A DNA stretch of 64,000 nt from an uncultured Phycisphaerales bacterium (GTDB lineage Bacteria; Planctomycetota; Phycisphaerae; Tepidisphaerales; Tepidisphaeraceae). The translations under genes were made by a program, and so were the position numbers. How positions within the stretch are numbered: the stretch's first letter is position 1; each line of letters begins with the position of its first letter. The stretch lies in contig CAVWVQ010000003.1 of assembly GCA_963758525.1 (NCBI GenBank), positions 4,896,001 to 4,960,000 on the forward strand, given 5' to 3'. This document shows, in pieces, positions 50,121 through 59,865 of this stretch. Below the pieces are notes generated by a model, which was not told the DNA's origin, did not search any database, and worked only from the letters and a program-made list of their open reading frames with translations.

Positions 50121-51605
50121 CTACCAATTCCAATCCAGTCCCCCGCGAAGCTCCGGACGCTTTTTCTTCTTCACGGGCTTTGCCGCCGGGTCGGGCGCGG
50201 GAGGGGCCGGGGCTTCCGCCGCCTTGCGGATCGACAGTGAAATCTTGCGATGCTCTTTGTCGATTTCCAGCACGCGCACGCGCACCTCCTGGTCCGGCTT
50301 CACCACATCCGCCGGGGTGCGGACACGATGGTCGGCCAGCTCCGATATGTGAGCGAGGCCCTCCAAGCCTGCTTCAAGCTCCACGAAAGCGCCAAAGTCG
50401 ACCACGCGCGTCACCCGGCCGGGAACGATCATGTCCACCGCGTATCGCTCGGCCACGGTTGACCACGGATCAGGCCCCGCCTGCTTCAGGCTCAGCGACA
50501 TACGCCGCTGCGTCGGGTCGATCGAGATCACCACGAGCTTGATCGTGTCTCCCTCCTTGACCACGTCCGACGGAGTACGGATGCGCTGATAGCTGATCTC
50601 GCTGGCAGGCAGAAGCCCTTCCAGACCTTCCTCCAATTCGATGAACGCGCCGAACGGCTCGACCCGCGCGACCCGGCCGGTGATTGCGGTGCCGACGGCG
50701 TATTTTGTCTCCACGCCGGCCCACGGATCGGCCATCGCCTGTTTCAGACTCAGGCTGAGCTTTCCGGACTCTTTGTCGAGCTTGATGATTTTGACTTCGA
50801 CGAGGTCGCCAAGCTTCACAAAATCGGCCGGCTTCTTGCCCCGGCGATAGCTCATCTCGCTCACGTGCAGCAGGCCGTCGACTCCGCCGAGATCGACAAA
50901 CGCGCCGAATTCCGTGATGTTTCGCACCGTCCCGCGGCGAGTCTGTCCTTCCTCCAACTCGGCCATCAGCTTCTGACGGGCCTCTTCCTTCTCTCGTTCG
51001 AGAATATTGCGCCGGCTGACAATGAGATTGTGCGCCTGCCGGTCGAATTGCGTCACCTCGACCTTAAGCCGCTGCCCGATGAACGTCGAAATGTCCTTCT
51101 GAAAGTAAAGATCGACCTGCCCGGCCGGCATGAAGGCGCGCATGCTCTTGATTTCAAGTTCAAGGCCGCCCTTGTTCATTCCCGTGACGTTCCCTTCGAC
51201 GATCTGTCCGATCTCCAGGTTGTCCCACGTCACGTTCGTGGCAGTTGCCCCCTTACGATTGAGGATCAGCACGCCTTCGCGCTCGTCGTAGCGCTCGACG
51301 TGAAAATCCATCTCGTCGCCGACCTTCGGCTCCTCCTCAAATTGCACCAGCGACGCGATTCCCTGGCTCTTGCCGCCGAAATCGACAAATACATCGTCCT
51401 TATCGACGGATATCACTTTCCCGCGCCGCAGCCCCTTGCGCGCCAGTTCCGCCGCCGACGCGCCGGCCGGCTGTGGCGCATCGGTTCCCATCAGCTCATC
51501 GATCGACATCCCGCCGAGCGCGGCGTCCACCTCCCGATCGATGGCCGCATCGGTATCGGGGCGGAACTTTTTCTTATACTCGTCACCCTGCTGGGAACTC
51601 GACAT
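50121..51605 (-). CDS. Ribosomal protein S1-like multi-S1-domain RNA-binding protein
   Basis: Repeated FGAFVDL/FGAFIEL/FGAFVEL...GL.H.SE motifs; ends ELRGGLDWNW. Confidence 0.85.
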   Translation of the reverse strand: MSSSQQGDEYKKKFRPDTDAAIDREVDAALGGMSIDELMGTDAPQPAGASAAELARKGLRRGKVISVDKDDVFVDFGGKSQGIASLVQFEEEPKVGDEMDFHVERYDEREGVLILNRKGATATNVTWDNLEIGQIVEGNVTGMNKGGLELEIKSMRAFMPAGQVDLYFQKDISTFIGQRLKVEVTQFDRQAHNLIVSRRNILEREKEEARQKLMAELEEGQTRRGTVRNITEFGAFVDLGGVDGLLHVSEMSYRRGKKPADFVKLGDLVEVKIIKLDKESGKLSLSLKQAMADPWAGVETKYAVGTAITGRVARVEPFGAFIELEEGLEGLLPASEISYQRIRTPSDVVKEGDTIKLVVISIDPTQRRMSLSLKQAGPDPWSTVAERYAVDMIVPGRVTRVVDFGAFVELEAGLEGLAHISELADHRVRTPADVVKPDQEVRVRVLEIDKEHRKISLSIRKAAEAPAPPAPDPAAKPVKKKKRPELRGGLDWNW

Positions 51606-52028
51606 CGCGTTCGTCCTCTCCAAAACACCCCGTGGAAGATTCAAGTTTATCGCCGGCACGCGGAAAGGAAAGGTGGGGGGGCAGGGAGCGCGGAGGCGCG
51701 GGATATGGGGAGACGCAGGGACTAAGGGACAAAGGGGGGAGGGATAAGGCACGGAGGCACGAAGGCACGGAGGGGAGGACGCTGCGCGGCGGAGTAGGGG
51801 AAGAAAACACCGCGAGTGCGCGATTTGGTTACGCGGGTTTTTATCTGCCGCTATTAGCCAACGGCGCCGGCGGTGGCTTGCCCTTCGCGGGCGCACACAA
51901 TCAAGAGCGAACGGCGTAGAGCAAAAGCGAGCCTCCCGGGCTCGCCATCCTTTCCTTCACCCATCTGGTTGGTTTCTTTCTCCAATCCGCCTCTTCCATT
52001 CCGGTCTGCGCACTGCTTCAATCGGATT

Positions 52029-53546
52029 ATGAACGACGCACGGACTGCCTACGAATCGCTCATCAGCGAATTGAAGGAAATTGGGCTGCTTTCCAGCGTG
52101 GCCTCGGTGCTGGGATGGGACGAGAGGACGCAGCTCCCGCCCAAGGGGACCGATCACCGCGCCAGACAGTCGTCGCTTCTGGCGAAGATGATCCACCAGC
52201 GATTCACCGCAACGCGCGTGGGAGACTTGCTGTCGGCCGTCGAGCAGTCTTCGCTGGTGAGCGATCCTCTCAGCGACGAAGCGGTCAACGCCCGCGAGAC
52301 GCGCCGCAGCTACGACCGCGCCCGCAAGCTTCCCACCGCCCTCGTCGAGGAACTGACAAGCACTGCCGTCCTGGCCCAGCAGGTGTGGGGCGAAGCGCGC
52401 AAGGCGTCGGACTATGCGATGTTCGAGCCATGGCTCGGCAAGACGTTGGTGTTAAAGCAGCAGGAGGCGGAGTGCATCGGCCATGGGGGAGATCCGTACG
52501 ACGCGTTGCTCGACGAGTTCGAGCCGGGAGAAACTTCTGAAGGAATCCGCGCGACGTTCGAGGCATTGCGCGGGCCATTGGTTGAGCTGATCGGCAGAGT
52601 CGCCGGGGCCGGCCGCAAGGCTCCGGTGGAGATTCTGGACCGGCCGTTTCCCCCCGGCTCTCAGGAAAAGCTGGCGCGGGAAGCTGCCGCCGCGATCGGA
52701 TTTGATTTTGATGCCGGGCGGCTGGATGTGAGCCTGCATCCATTCTGCACCGACCTTGGTCCTGGCGATACGCGCATGACTACACGCTATCACCCGGCGC
52801 ATTTCGGCGACTCCCTCTTTGGCGTGTTGCACGAAACCGGCCACGCCCTTTATACGCAGGGATTGGAAAAATCCCACTTCGGAACGCCGCGCGGCAGCTA
52901 CGTCTCTCTTGGAATTCACGAATCACAATCCCGGTTGTGGGAGAACTTTGTAGGCCGAACTCGCTCATTCTGGAAATGGCTGCTTCCGCGCACGCGCGAG
53001 ATCTTCCGGGAGTCTTTGCGGGGAGTCAGCGAGGATGAATGGAGCTTTGCCATCAATGAGATTTGTCCCTCTGTCATTCGTGTCGAAGCCGACGAGGCGA
53101 CGTACAACCTGCACATCATGCTTCGTTTTGAGCTGGAACGGGCACTGCTTCGGGGCGAGCTTTCCCCAAAGGATCTTCCCGGCGCATGGAAAGTGAAGAT
53201 GCGCGAGTATCTGGGTGTCACTCCCGCAAACGACGCTGCCGGCTGCTTGCAGGACATTCACTGGAGCGGCGGGGCGATCGGATATTTTCCCACCTACACG
53301 CTGGGCAATCTCTACGCGGCCCAGTTTTTTGAGAAAGCCCAGAAGGACCTCGGCGATGTGTACTCGATGTTTGCTGCCGGAGAATTCGCGCCGCTGCTCG
53401 GGTGGCTGCGCGAAAACATTCACCGCCATGGCAAACGCTTCACCGGGCCGCAACTGGTTCACCACGTCACGGGAAAAGCACTCTCCGCTGAGCCATTGAT
53501 GCGGCACTTGCGGGCCAAGGCGCGGACGTACTATGGCGTGCAGTGA
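52029..53546 (+). CDS. M32 carboxypeptidase (Taq-like)
   Basis: HPF, HETGH, HESQSR, IRVEADE, GCLQDIHW, GYFPTY. Confidence 0.92.
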   Translation: MNDARTAYESLISELKEIGLLSSVASVLGWDERTQLPPKGTDHRARQSSLLAKMIHQRFTATRVGDLLSAVEQSSLVSDPLSDEAVNARETRRSYDRARKLPTALVEELTSTAVLAQQVWGEARKASDYAMFEPWLGKTLVLKQQEAECIGHGGDPYDALLDEFEPGETSEGIRATFEALRGPLVELIGRVAGAGRKAPVEILDRPFPPGSQEKLAREAAAAIGFDFDAGRLDVSLHPFCTDLGPGDTRMTTRYHPAHFGDSLFGVLHETGHALYTQGLEKSHFGTPRGSYVSLGIHESQSRLWENFVGRTRSFWKWLLPRTREIFRESLRGVSEDEWSFAINEICPSVIRVEADEATYNLHIMLRFELERALLRGELSPKDLPGAWKVKMREYLGVTPANDAAGCLQDIHWSGGAIGYFPTYTLGNLYAAQFFEKAQKDLGDVYSMFAAGEFAPLLGWLRENIHRHGKRFTGPQLVHHVTGKALSAEPLMRHLRAKARTYYGVQ

Positions 53547-53553
53547 GGCTGAT

Positions 53554-54204
53554 TCAACTCGCCGCCCCTTTGATGACCCCGAAGATTCCCTCGACGACCA
53601 TCTGTGTCCCGATCACGGCGAGAATTAATCCCATGAGCCGGCTGACGACCATTACCAGGCTCTTTCCGAGGAAGCGGGTCATTCGATGGCCGCCGACGAA
53701 GCAGAGGTAGGTCAGCACGCAGATGAGGAAGAAGGCGGCCAGAACAATGCCGAGGCGCTGTGGGGAACCTCCCGCGGCGAAGTTCATGCCGGTCACGATC
53801 GTCCCCGGCCCCGCGAGCAACGGCATTCCCAACGGTGAAACGGCGATGCTCGTCGCGGCGTCCTCGCTCTTGTCCAGATCACTTTGCGCCAATTTGTGAA
53901 CAGGGGAGTGACCTCCCTGCAGCAGATGATAGCCGACCAGTACCACGAGCAGCCCGCCGGCGATTCGGAAGCTGGAGAGCGTGATTCCAAAAAGGTGGAG
54001 CAGGAAACTGCCGCCGACGCAAAACGCCGCCACAATGAGAAACGCCAGGGCAAGCGACTGCAGCGCCACGCCGCGGGTCGTCTTTTCATCCATTTCCTCG
54101 GTGAGCCCAAGGAAAATGGGCGTGTTGGCGATGGGGTTCATGATCGCAAAGAACCCGGCGAACGCCGAACCAAACAGAGTGATTTGGTTGATAGGATGGT
54201 CCAT
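53554..54204 (-). CDS. MarC family membrane protein
   Basis: MNPIAN.PIF, FRIAGG, PL.MPLLAGPG, RLMGLIL. Confidence 0.9.
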   Translation of the reverse strand: MDHPINQITLFGSAFAGFFAIMNPIANTPIFLGLTEEMDEKTTRGVALQSLALAFLIVAAFCVGGSFLLHLFGITLSSFRIAGGLLVVLVGYHLLQGGHSPVHKLAQSDLDKSEDAATSIAVSPLGMPLLAGPGTIVTGMNFAAGGSPQRLGIVLAAFFLICVLTYLCFVGGHRMTRFLGKSLVMVVSRLMGLILAVIGTQMVVEGIFGVIKGAAS

Positions 54205-54283
54205 GTTGTGAACGGCGAACAACAGCCGCGGAGCGATAAATGCCGCGAAGTCGCTTAGCGTGTTCCCGGTTCGGGATCGCTTT

Positions 54284-54366
54284 CCACGCCGAGTCTGAGG
54301 TACTCCGAAGGCTCGGATTCTTCGGTGCTCGATCCGAGCCTTCGGAGTACCTCAGACTCGGCGTGG
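54284..54366. repeat. Perfect 35-bp inverted repeat with 13-nt spacer
   Basis: CCACGCCGAGTCTGAGGTACTCCGAAGGCTCGGAT and its exact reverse complement. Confidence 0.9.
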
Positions 54367-54445
54367 CGCGGATTTAAAGGCATCCCGATTGTCCCGACGC
54401 GCGCGGCGTAAGTTTTGTCGAATGAACCTCGGGCCGCACCGTTCA

Positions 54446-54829
54446 CTACGGCCGCGGAAACCCCCACGCGGCGGCGAGGGCGTCGGCGGCAAATTCCGGA
54501 TCGTCTCCCGGCCAGCGGCCACCGTTTCTGAGGTGCGCATGCGCCAACTCGTGGGCGATCACATATTTCACAAATGCTTCGGGGCGACGGCGGAGCGTGC
54601 GCTTCAGCACCACCGATCGCGAGGCGCGAAGGCGGGTGGGCATGCCAACGGGAATGTGGGCGACATAGCCGGGAGCGGGCTCGTAGTCGGCAAGAATGAA
54701 ATTCGGATCGGAAACCAGATCGTGGCGCACCTCGCCAGGCAGCAGCGACAGCACGCCGGCAACGTGCGTGCAGAGAAAGGCATCCAGCCCGAAGCCGGAG
54801 ACCCAGAGATTCAACTCGTCGGACGGCAT
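54446..54829 (-). CDS. Small HExxH zincin-like hypothetical protein
   Basis: VIAHELAHAHL followed by E..AD.LA..WGF. Confidence 0.65.
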   Translation of the reverse strand: MPSDELNLWVSGFGLDAFLCTHVAGVLSLLPGEVRHDLVSDPNFILADYEPAPGYVAHIPVGMPTRLRASRSVVLKRTLRRRPEAFVKYVIAHELAHAHLRNGGRWPGDDPEFAADALAAAWGFPRP

Positions 54830-54888
54830 GGTTCAACTGTAGCCGGTGTGAGGGGCGCAATTCAAACGGATACTTGCGGCACCCAAAG

Positions 54889-55935
54889 TTACGCGGTCTG
54901 GGAAAATTGGGTGCGTGCAAGCTGCCCGCACGCGGCATTGATCGGGTCGCCGCGGGTTTCCCGCACGTGAACGACCACGTTTGCGTCGCGCAGGCGCTGA
55001 ATAAACGCGCGGATCGTCGCTGGTGTTGGGGAGCGGTAGGGGGCGCCTTCAATCATGTTGAACGGAATTAAATTGACGTGCGCGCGGAAGCCGGCCATCA
55101 GGTCTGCAAGACGATCGGCGTGTCCGCTCGAGTCGTTCACATCCGCTAGAAGGCAGTATTCGATGGTCGGGATGCGACGGGTGCGGTCGGCAAAGCGACG
55201 AGCCGCCGCCATGATATCGGCAACCGGGTAGCGGTGATTGGCCGGGACGATCCGGCTGCGCGTCTCATCGTCGGCGGCATGGAGCGAAAGCGCAAGATGG
55301 ACGTTGAGATCCGCGTTTGCCAGAGCGTCCATGCCGGGAACGATTCCAACGGTCGATACGGTGATCTGCCGCCATCCAAGGCCCCCCATGTCGGGGTCGG
55401 CAATTCTGCGAATCGCGGCGATGACGTTGTCGAGATTGTGCATCGGCTCCCCCATGCCCATGAAGACCAGCGACGTGATTCGGCGATCGATTGCCGCGGC
55501 TTCGCGCCGGAGGTGGAGGAACTGCTCGACGATCTCTCCAAAGTGCAGGTTGCGATCGAGCCCGCCGCGGGTGCTGGCGCAGAAGGTGCAGCCCATGGCG
55601 CAGCCGACTTGCGATGACACGCACCCGGCGGCGCGACCCGCGCGGTGCGCGGGCATCAGCACTGTCTCAATCGACTTGCCCCCCGACAGCGCAAGCAATA
55701 GTTTCACGGTGCCATCAGCGCTCTGGTGACGCTTGAGCAAATGCGTAACGGGGGCCGGCTGCTTCTGGCGCAACCAATCGGCGACGCGCCGCCCGATTTG
55801 TTCGGGAAATGGGTCGAGAGTTCCGCCGGTTGCATAAAAGGCGCGGAGGATCGGCCGGGCGTGAGATTCCGAAAAACCGCTTTCGCGGAGAGATTGACGG
55901 AGCGATACAAGATCGTGATCGACCAGAGAGATCAC
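54889..55935 (-). CDS. rlmN: RlmN-family radical SAM RNA methyltransferase
   Basis: CVSSQVGCAMGCTFCAS, MGMGEP, SLHA, NLIP.N, AACGQL. Confidence 0.85.
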   Translation of the reverse strand: MISLVDHDLVSLRQSLRESGFSESHARPILRAFYATGGTLDPFPEQIGRRVADWLRQKQPAPVTHLLKRHQSADGTVKLLLALSGGKSIETVLMPAHRAGRAAGCVSSQVGCAMGCTFCASTRGGLDRNLHFGEIVEQFLHLRREAAAIDRRITSLVFMGMGEPMHNLDNVIAAIRRIADPDMGGLGWRQITVSTVGIVPGMDALANADLNVHLALSLHAADDETRSRIVPANHRYPVADIMAAARRFADRTRRIPTIEYCLLADVNDSSGHADRLADLMAGFRAHVNLIPFNMIEGAPYRSPTPATIRAFIQRLRDANVVVHVRETRGDPINAACGQLARTQFSQTA

Positions 55936-57425
55936 ACCCGGAACCCTGCCGAGGCGGCGGCAGCGGCTTTGGCGGCAAAGAGCTTTTTGGCGGTGCCGAC
56001 CAGATAGAAGCTGCCGGTAATGCAGATCAGATCTTCCTTGGTCACGGCGCGGTACGCGATGGCCAAGGCTTCTTCAAGCGTGGACGCGACTTGAGCCATC
56101 TTCCCGTACAGCTCCACATAGCGGGCGGCAAGCTCATTTGGGTCAGACGAGCGGATGCTGTCGACAGGAGTGAAGATGACCTTGTCGGCTCCGCTGGTGA
56201 TTCGCTCGAGCATGCCTGGGACGTCTTTGTCGGCGCAACACCCGAAGATCACGACCATCGAGTCGTACGGAATGTATTGTCCGATGGCCCGCATCATCGC
56301 ATCGAGGCTGGCGGCATTGTGCGCGCCGTCGACGATGATTCGCGGCGTCGTTGAGACCATTTCCATTCGGCCCGGCAGCGTGGTGCGGGCGAGACCTTCC
56401 ATCGCCTTGGCATCATTGATGGCGATCCCGCGCATCTTGAGGCGGTCGATCACACTCAATGCCAGCCCGCAATTGATCGCCTGGTGCTCCCCCATCAGAG
56501 GAACGGCCAGGTGCTCGAACTTGCTGTTCGGGGTTGTCAGGCAAACGCGGTTGTGCGGCCCGAGCATTCGGCTGGATTCAAACCGATAGCTGAACTCGAT
56601 GTTCTTGCCGGCGATCTCGAGCGGCGCGCCGACCTTCTCAGCCACGCGCCTGAAGGTGGCCTCCACTTCGGGCGGCTGCAGCACGGTCAGGGCGGGGATG
56701 CCGGGCTTGAAAATCCCCGCCTTTTCCTCGGCGATGCGATCGAGCGTCGTGCCGAGTTGGGCCATGTGGTCTTTGCTGATGCTGGTGATGGCCGTCACTT
56801 CGGGCTTGATGACGTTGGTGCTGTCGAGACGGCCTCCCAGGCCGGTCTCGATGACGGCAATCTCAACTCCCTGCTCGGCGAAATATCGGAACGCGATCGC
56901 GGTCAACACATCGAAGTAGGTCGGGATCGGCTTCATGCGCTCCACGATCGGCGCGATCTGGCGAACCAGGCGGGTGAAATCCGCGTGGGAAATCATGTGC
57001 CCGTTGACGCAAATGCGCTCGCGGATGTCGACCAGATGCGGGCTGGTATACAACCCGGTCTTGTGGTCGCAGGCCTGCAGCATCGACGCGATCATGGTGC
57101 AAGTGCTTCCCTTGCCCTTGGTGCCGGCGACGTGAACCGTGCGGAACTTGTCCTGCGGATTGCCCAGCTTCTTCAGCAGGGTGCGCATCCGCTCCAGATC
57201 AAAGTTCTGAGTGGTGTAACGCACAATCCGCAACCGCTCGAAGTCGTTGAGCGAGGAAAGGAAGCGTAAAGCCTTATGGAAGTTGTTGATACCACTTGAC
57301 GTGGGCTTAGCCGTTTCGGGGGATTTCGCTCGCGGAGCGGTTTTGGCGCGATGACTTTCCCGATGAGGATGTTGGGAATTACTGCTCCGGGCCGGTCCTT
57401 GCCGCGTTTTCTCTCGAATCGCCAT
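55932..57425 (-). CDS. folC: Folylpolyglutamate synthase/dihydrofolate synthase
   Basis: HVAGTKGKGST, YTSPHL, ETGLGGRLDSTN, DGAHN, TGSFYL. Confidence 0.92.
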   Translation of the reverse strand: MAIREKTRQGPARSSNSQHPHRESHRAKTAPRAKSPETAKPTSSGINNFHKALRFLSSLNDFERLRIVRYTTQNFDLERMRTLLKKLGNPQDKFRTVHVAGTKGKGSTCTMIASMLQACDHKTGLYTSPHLVDIRERICVNGHMISHADFTRLVRQIAPIVERMKPIPTYFDVLTAIAFRYFAEQGVEIAVIETGLGGRLDSTNVIKPEVTAITSISKDHMAQLGTTLDRIAEEKAGIFKPGIPALTVLQPPEVEATFRRVAEKVGAPLEIAGKNIEFSYRFESSRMLGPHNRVCLTTPNSKFEHLAVPLMGEHQAINCGLALSVIDRLKMRGIAINDAKAMEGLARTTLPGRMEMVSTTPRIIVDGAHNAASLDAMMRAIGQYIPYDSMVVIFGCCADKDVPGMLERITSGADKVIFTPVDSIRSSDPNELAARYVELYGKMAQVASTLEEALAIAYRAVTKEDLICITGSFYLVGTAKKLFAAKAAAAASAGFRV

Positions 57426-57899
57426 GATGGGCACCATTATATCGTTTTACGGTAAAGCTGCAAATTTATGCCGGAAAGTCAGTTACAGCCGACACTTAGC
57501 CATATGCGCAGCCTGACTGTTTGTTGCGTTGGCCCTGCCCAATTAATTTGGGCAGACCGCATTTGGCAGTCTGCCGGTGCCGAAGGGAATCTCCGCCGAT
57601 TCTCAATCAGACGCAAAAGTCGCCGAGAAGCGAAAAAGAGGTGCACAAAAAAACGCCAGCGTATCGCTGAGCCGGTGGATCGCGTGCCGCGTTCCTGTTA
57701 GACCTGCTCACGGATCTGGCGTGTGTCCCCGTCTTGGATGACGATGACGCGATCATTGTGCCCTTGACAACTGACGGATCACAAGAGAAATCCGCGAAGA
57801 TTTCATTTTTTTTTACCCGTCGTGACATTGCATCCGCGCGACGGCCGTTGACAAGTTTCCTCATGCTTGCTCAATGACCAACGAGTTTATATTGTCTGC

Positions 57900-58889
57900 A
57901 TGCGATTGACGGCCTCATCGACGCGATCCATCGGGGCATCCTTCGTCCGGCCAGCCAATCCGGCGGCGGAAGAGCGTCTCGGCATCGCGCTGGCGCCTGT
58001 CGAAGGCGGGTTCGAGGTCGAGCAGGCGGAGCAATACACTCGCCAGCTCACACATTCGCATTACGAAAACTTTTCTGTCATCTCCCTTCTGCTGCCCCGC
58101 AGTCTGCGTCAGGATTTTTGCAATGTCTACGCATTTTGCCGCATCGCCGACGACATGGCCGATGAATTGGGGAACGTGGTGCGGGCGAGCGAGTCGCTGG
58201 CGCAGCTGCGGCATCAGACAAACGCGTGCTATGCCGGCCGCGTTTCAACCCGGCTGTTTGTCGCGCTGTCGACGACGATCGAGCGGCATGCCATCCCCGT
58301 CTCTCCGTTCCTCGATTTGATTGATGCCTTTGAGCAGGATCAGCGGGTGGATCGGTATGAGACGTTCGCTGAAGTGGTGGACTACTGCCGACGAAGTGCC
58401 GATCCCGTTGGACGCCTGGTGCTCTACATGTGCGGTTATCGTGACGCTGAACGACAACGGCTTTCTGATCTCACCTGCACCGCGCTGCAGCTCACCAACT
58501 TCTGGCAGGACGTGCGGCGAGACATGCTCGAACGAGATCGCATCTACATTCCGCGCGAGTCGATGGAACGATTCGGAGTTACTGAAGAACAGATCAGGAA
58601 CGGGCGCTGTGATGACCGCTACGCTGAGCTGATGCGGGCGGAAGTGGATCGGACTCAGCAGATGTTTGACCAGGGCCGTGAACTTCTCTCCATGCTCGAC
58701 TGGCAGGTGCGACAACACATCTCGCTGTTCGGCAAGGGAGGCGAAGCCATTCTCAGGGCCATTCGCAGCCAGCACTATGACACGCTCAGCAGTCGGCCGG
58801 TGCTGTCTCGGGGGCAGAAAATAAAGCTGATGATGACCGCAGTCGGCGCCGGCCTGGCGGCAACGCTCTACAAAAGGGCGTCGGCATGA
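57900..58889 (+). CDS. hpnC: Hydroxysqualene synthase HpnC
   Basis: HYENFSV, YAFCRIADDMADE, YCRRSADPVGRL, ALQLTNFWQD; start uncertain. Confidence 0.88.
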   Translation: MRLTASSTRSIGASFVRPANPAAEERLGIALAPVEGGFEVEQAEQYTRQLTHSHYENFSVISLLLPRSLRQDFCNVYAFCRIADDMADELGNVVRASESLAQLRHQTNACYAGRVSTRLFVALSTTIERHAIPVSPFLDLIDAFEQDQRVDRYETFAEVVDYCRRSADPVGRLVLYMCGYRDAERQRLSDLTCTALQLTNFWQDVRRDMLERDRIYIPRESMERFGVTEEQIRNGRCDDRYAELMRAEVDRTQQMFDQGRELLSMLDWQVRQHISLFGKGGEAILRAIRSQHYDTLSSRPVLSRGQKIKLMMTAVGAGLAATLYKRASA

Positions 58890-59860
58890 CGACTGACACA
58901 CGTTCAGCCGTTGAGCGGTCCGCCGCTGGCGAGATTCCCGCTGCGCCGGACGGCAATGGTGACACGGCGCTGGCGCGCTCGCGTGAGTTCTGCGAACGGC
59001 TGACCCGCCGGCAAGCTCGGAACTTCTACTACGGCTTGCGCCTTCTGCCGCCGTTGCAGCGGCGTTCGATGTTTGCGCTGTACGCGTACATGCGGCTGGT
59101 GGACGACATTGCTGACGAAGAAGACGGCCGCACTCCCGCGCAGCGCGAGGAAGACCTTCAACTCTGGCGCAGCGAGACGCATGCCATCCTCTCCGGGCAG
59201 ATTCCCGCGGTTGAAGCGAACGGACAGGCGGCGACCGCCAGGCATCGCGGCCGGGAAGTCTGGCCGGCATTTTATGAGATGGCGGCGATCCATCGCCTGC
59301 CCCCGCGCATCTTCGATGACGTGATCGAGGGCCAGCGGCAGGATTTGCATCCCGTCAGTTTCGCCACCTTTGACCAACTCTACGAGTATTGCTATCAGGT
59401 CGCGGGAACTGTCGGTCTGGCGAGCATCTACATCTGGGGCTTCGAAGGGGGCGAGGAGACGGAGCTGCTTGCCGTGGAGCGCGGCCTGGCATTTCAGCTC
59501 ACCAACATTTTGCGCGATCTTCGCGAAGACGCGGCCCGCGGACGCTCCTATCTCCCGGCCGACGAACTTGCAGCGGCGGGGGTGACGACCGAGAGGTTGG
59601 CCAGCGGCCAGGTCGATGAGCGTTTTGCCCAGGTCATGCTCGAGCAAATCCGTCGGGCCGAAAGCTACTATGAAAAATCAAGCGCGTTGGAAGACCGCAT
59701 CGATCGCGAGAGCCGGCCGACGCTGATTGCAATGACGGAAATTTATCGCGGTCTGTTGCGCAAGATCAAAGCCGATCCGATGCGGGTGTTGCGCGAGCGT
59801 GTATCGCTGTCGCTGTTTTCGAAACTGAGCATCGGGTGGCGCGCGACGCGATCGAAATAG
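58886..59860 (+). CDS. hpnD: Presqualene diphosphate synthase HpnD
   Basis: NFYYG, LYAYMRLVDDIAD, YCYQVA, FQLTNILRD. Confidence 0.88.
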   Translation: MTTDTRSAVERSAAGEIPAAPDGNGDTALARSREFCERLTRRQARNFYYGLRLLPPLQRRSMFALYAYMRLVDDIADEEDGRTPAQREEDLQLWRSETHAILSGQIPAVEANGQAATARHRGREVWPAFYEMAAIHRLPPRIFDDVIEGQRQDLHPVSFATFDQLYEYCYQVAGTVGLASIYIWGFEGGEETELLAVERGLAFQLTNILRDLREDAARGRSYLPADELAAAGVTTERLASGQVDERFAQVMLEQIRRAESYYEKSSALEDRIDRESRPTLIAMTEIYRGLLRKIKADPMRVLRERVSLSLFSKLSIGWRATRSK

Positions 59861-59865
59861 CGGCA

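Noticed and set aside
54889..55935. Cfr resistance methyltransferase
   Set aside because: SSQVGC and MGMGEP motifs and the chromosomal housekeeping context favour RlmN
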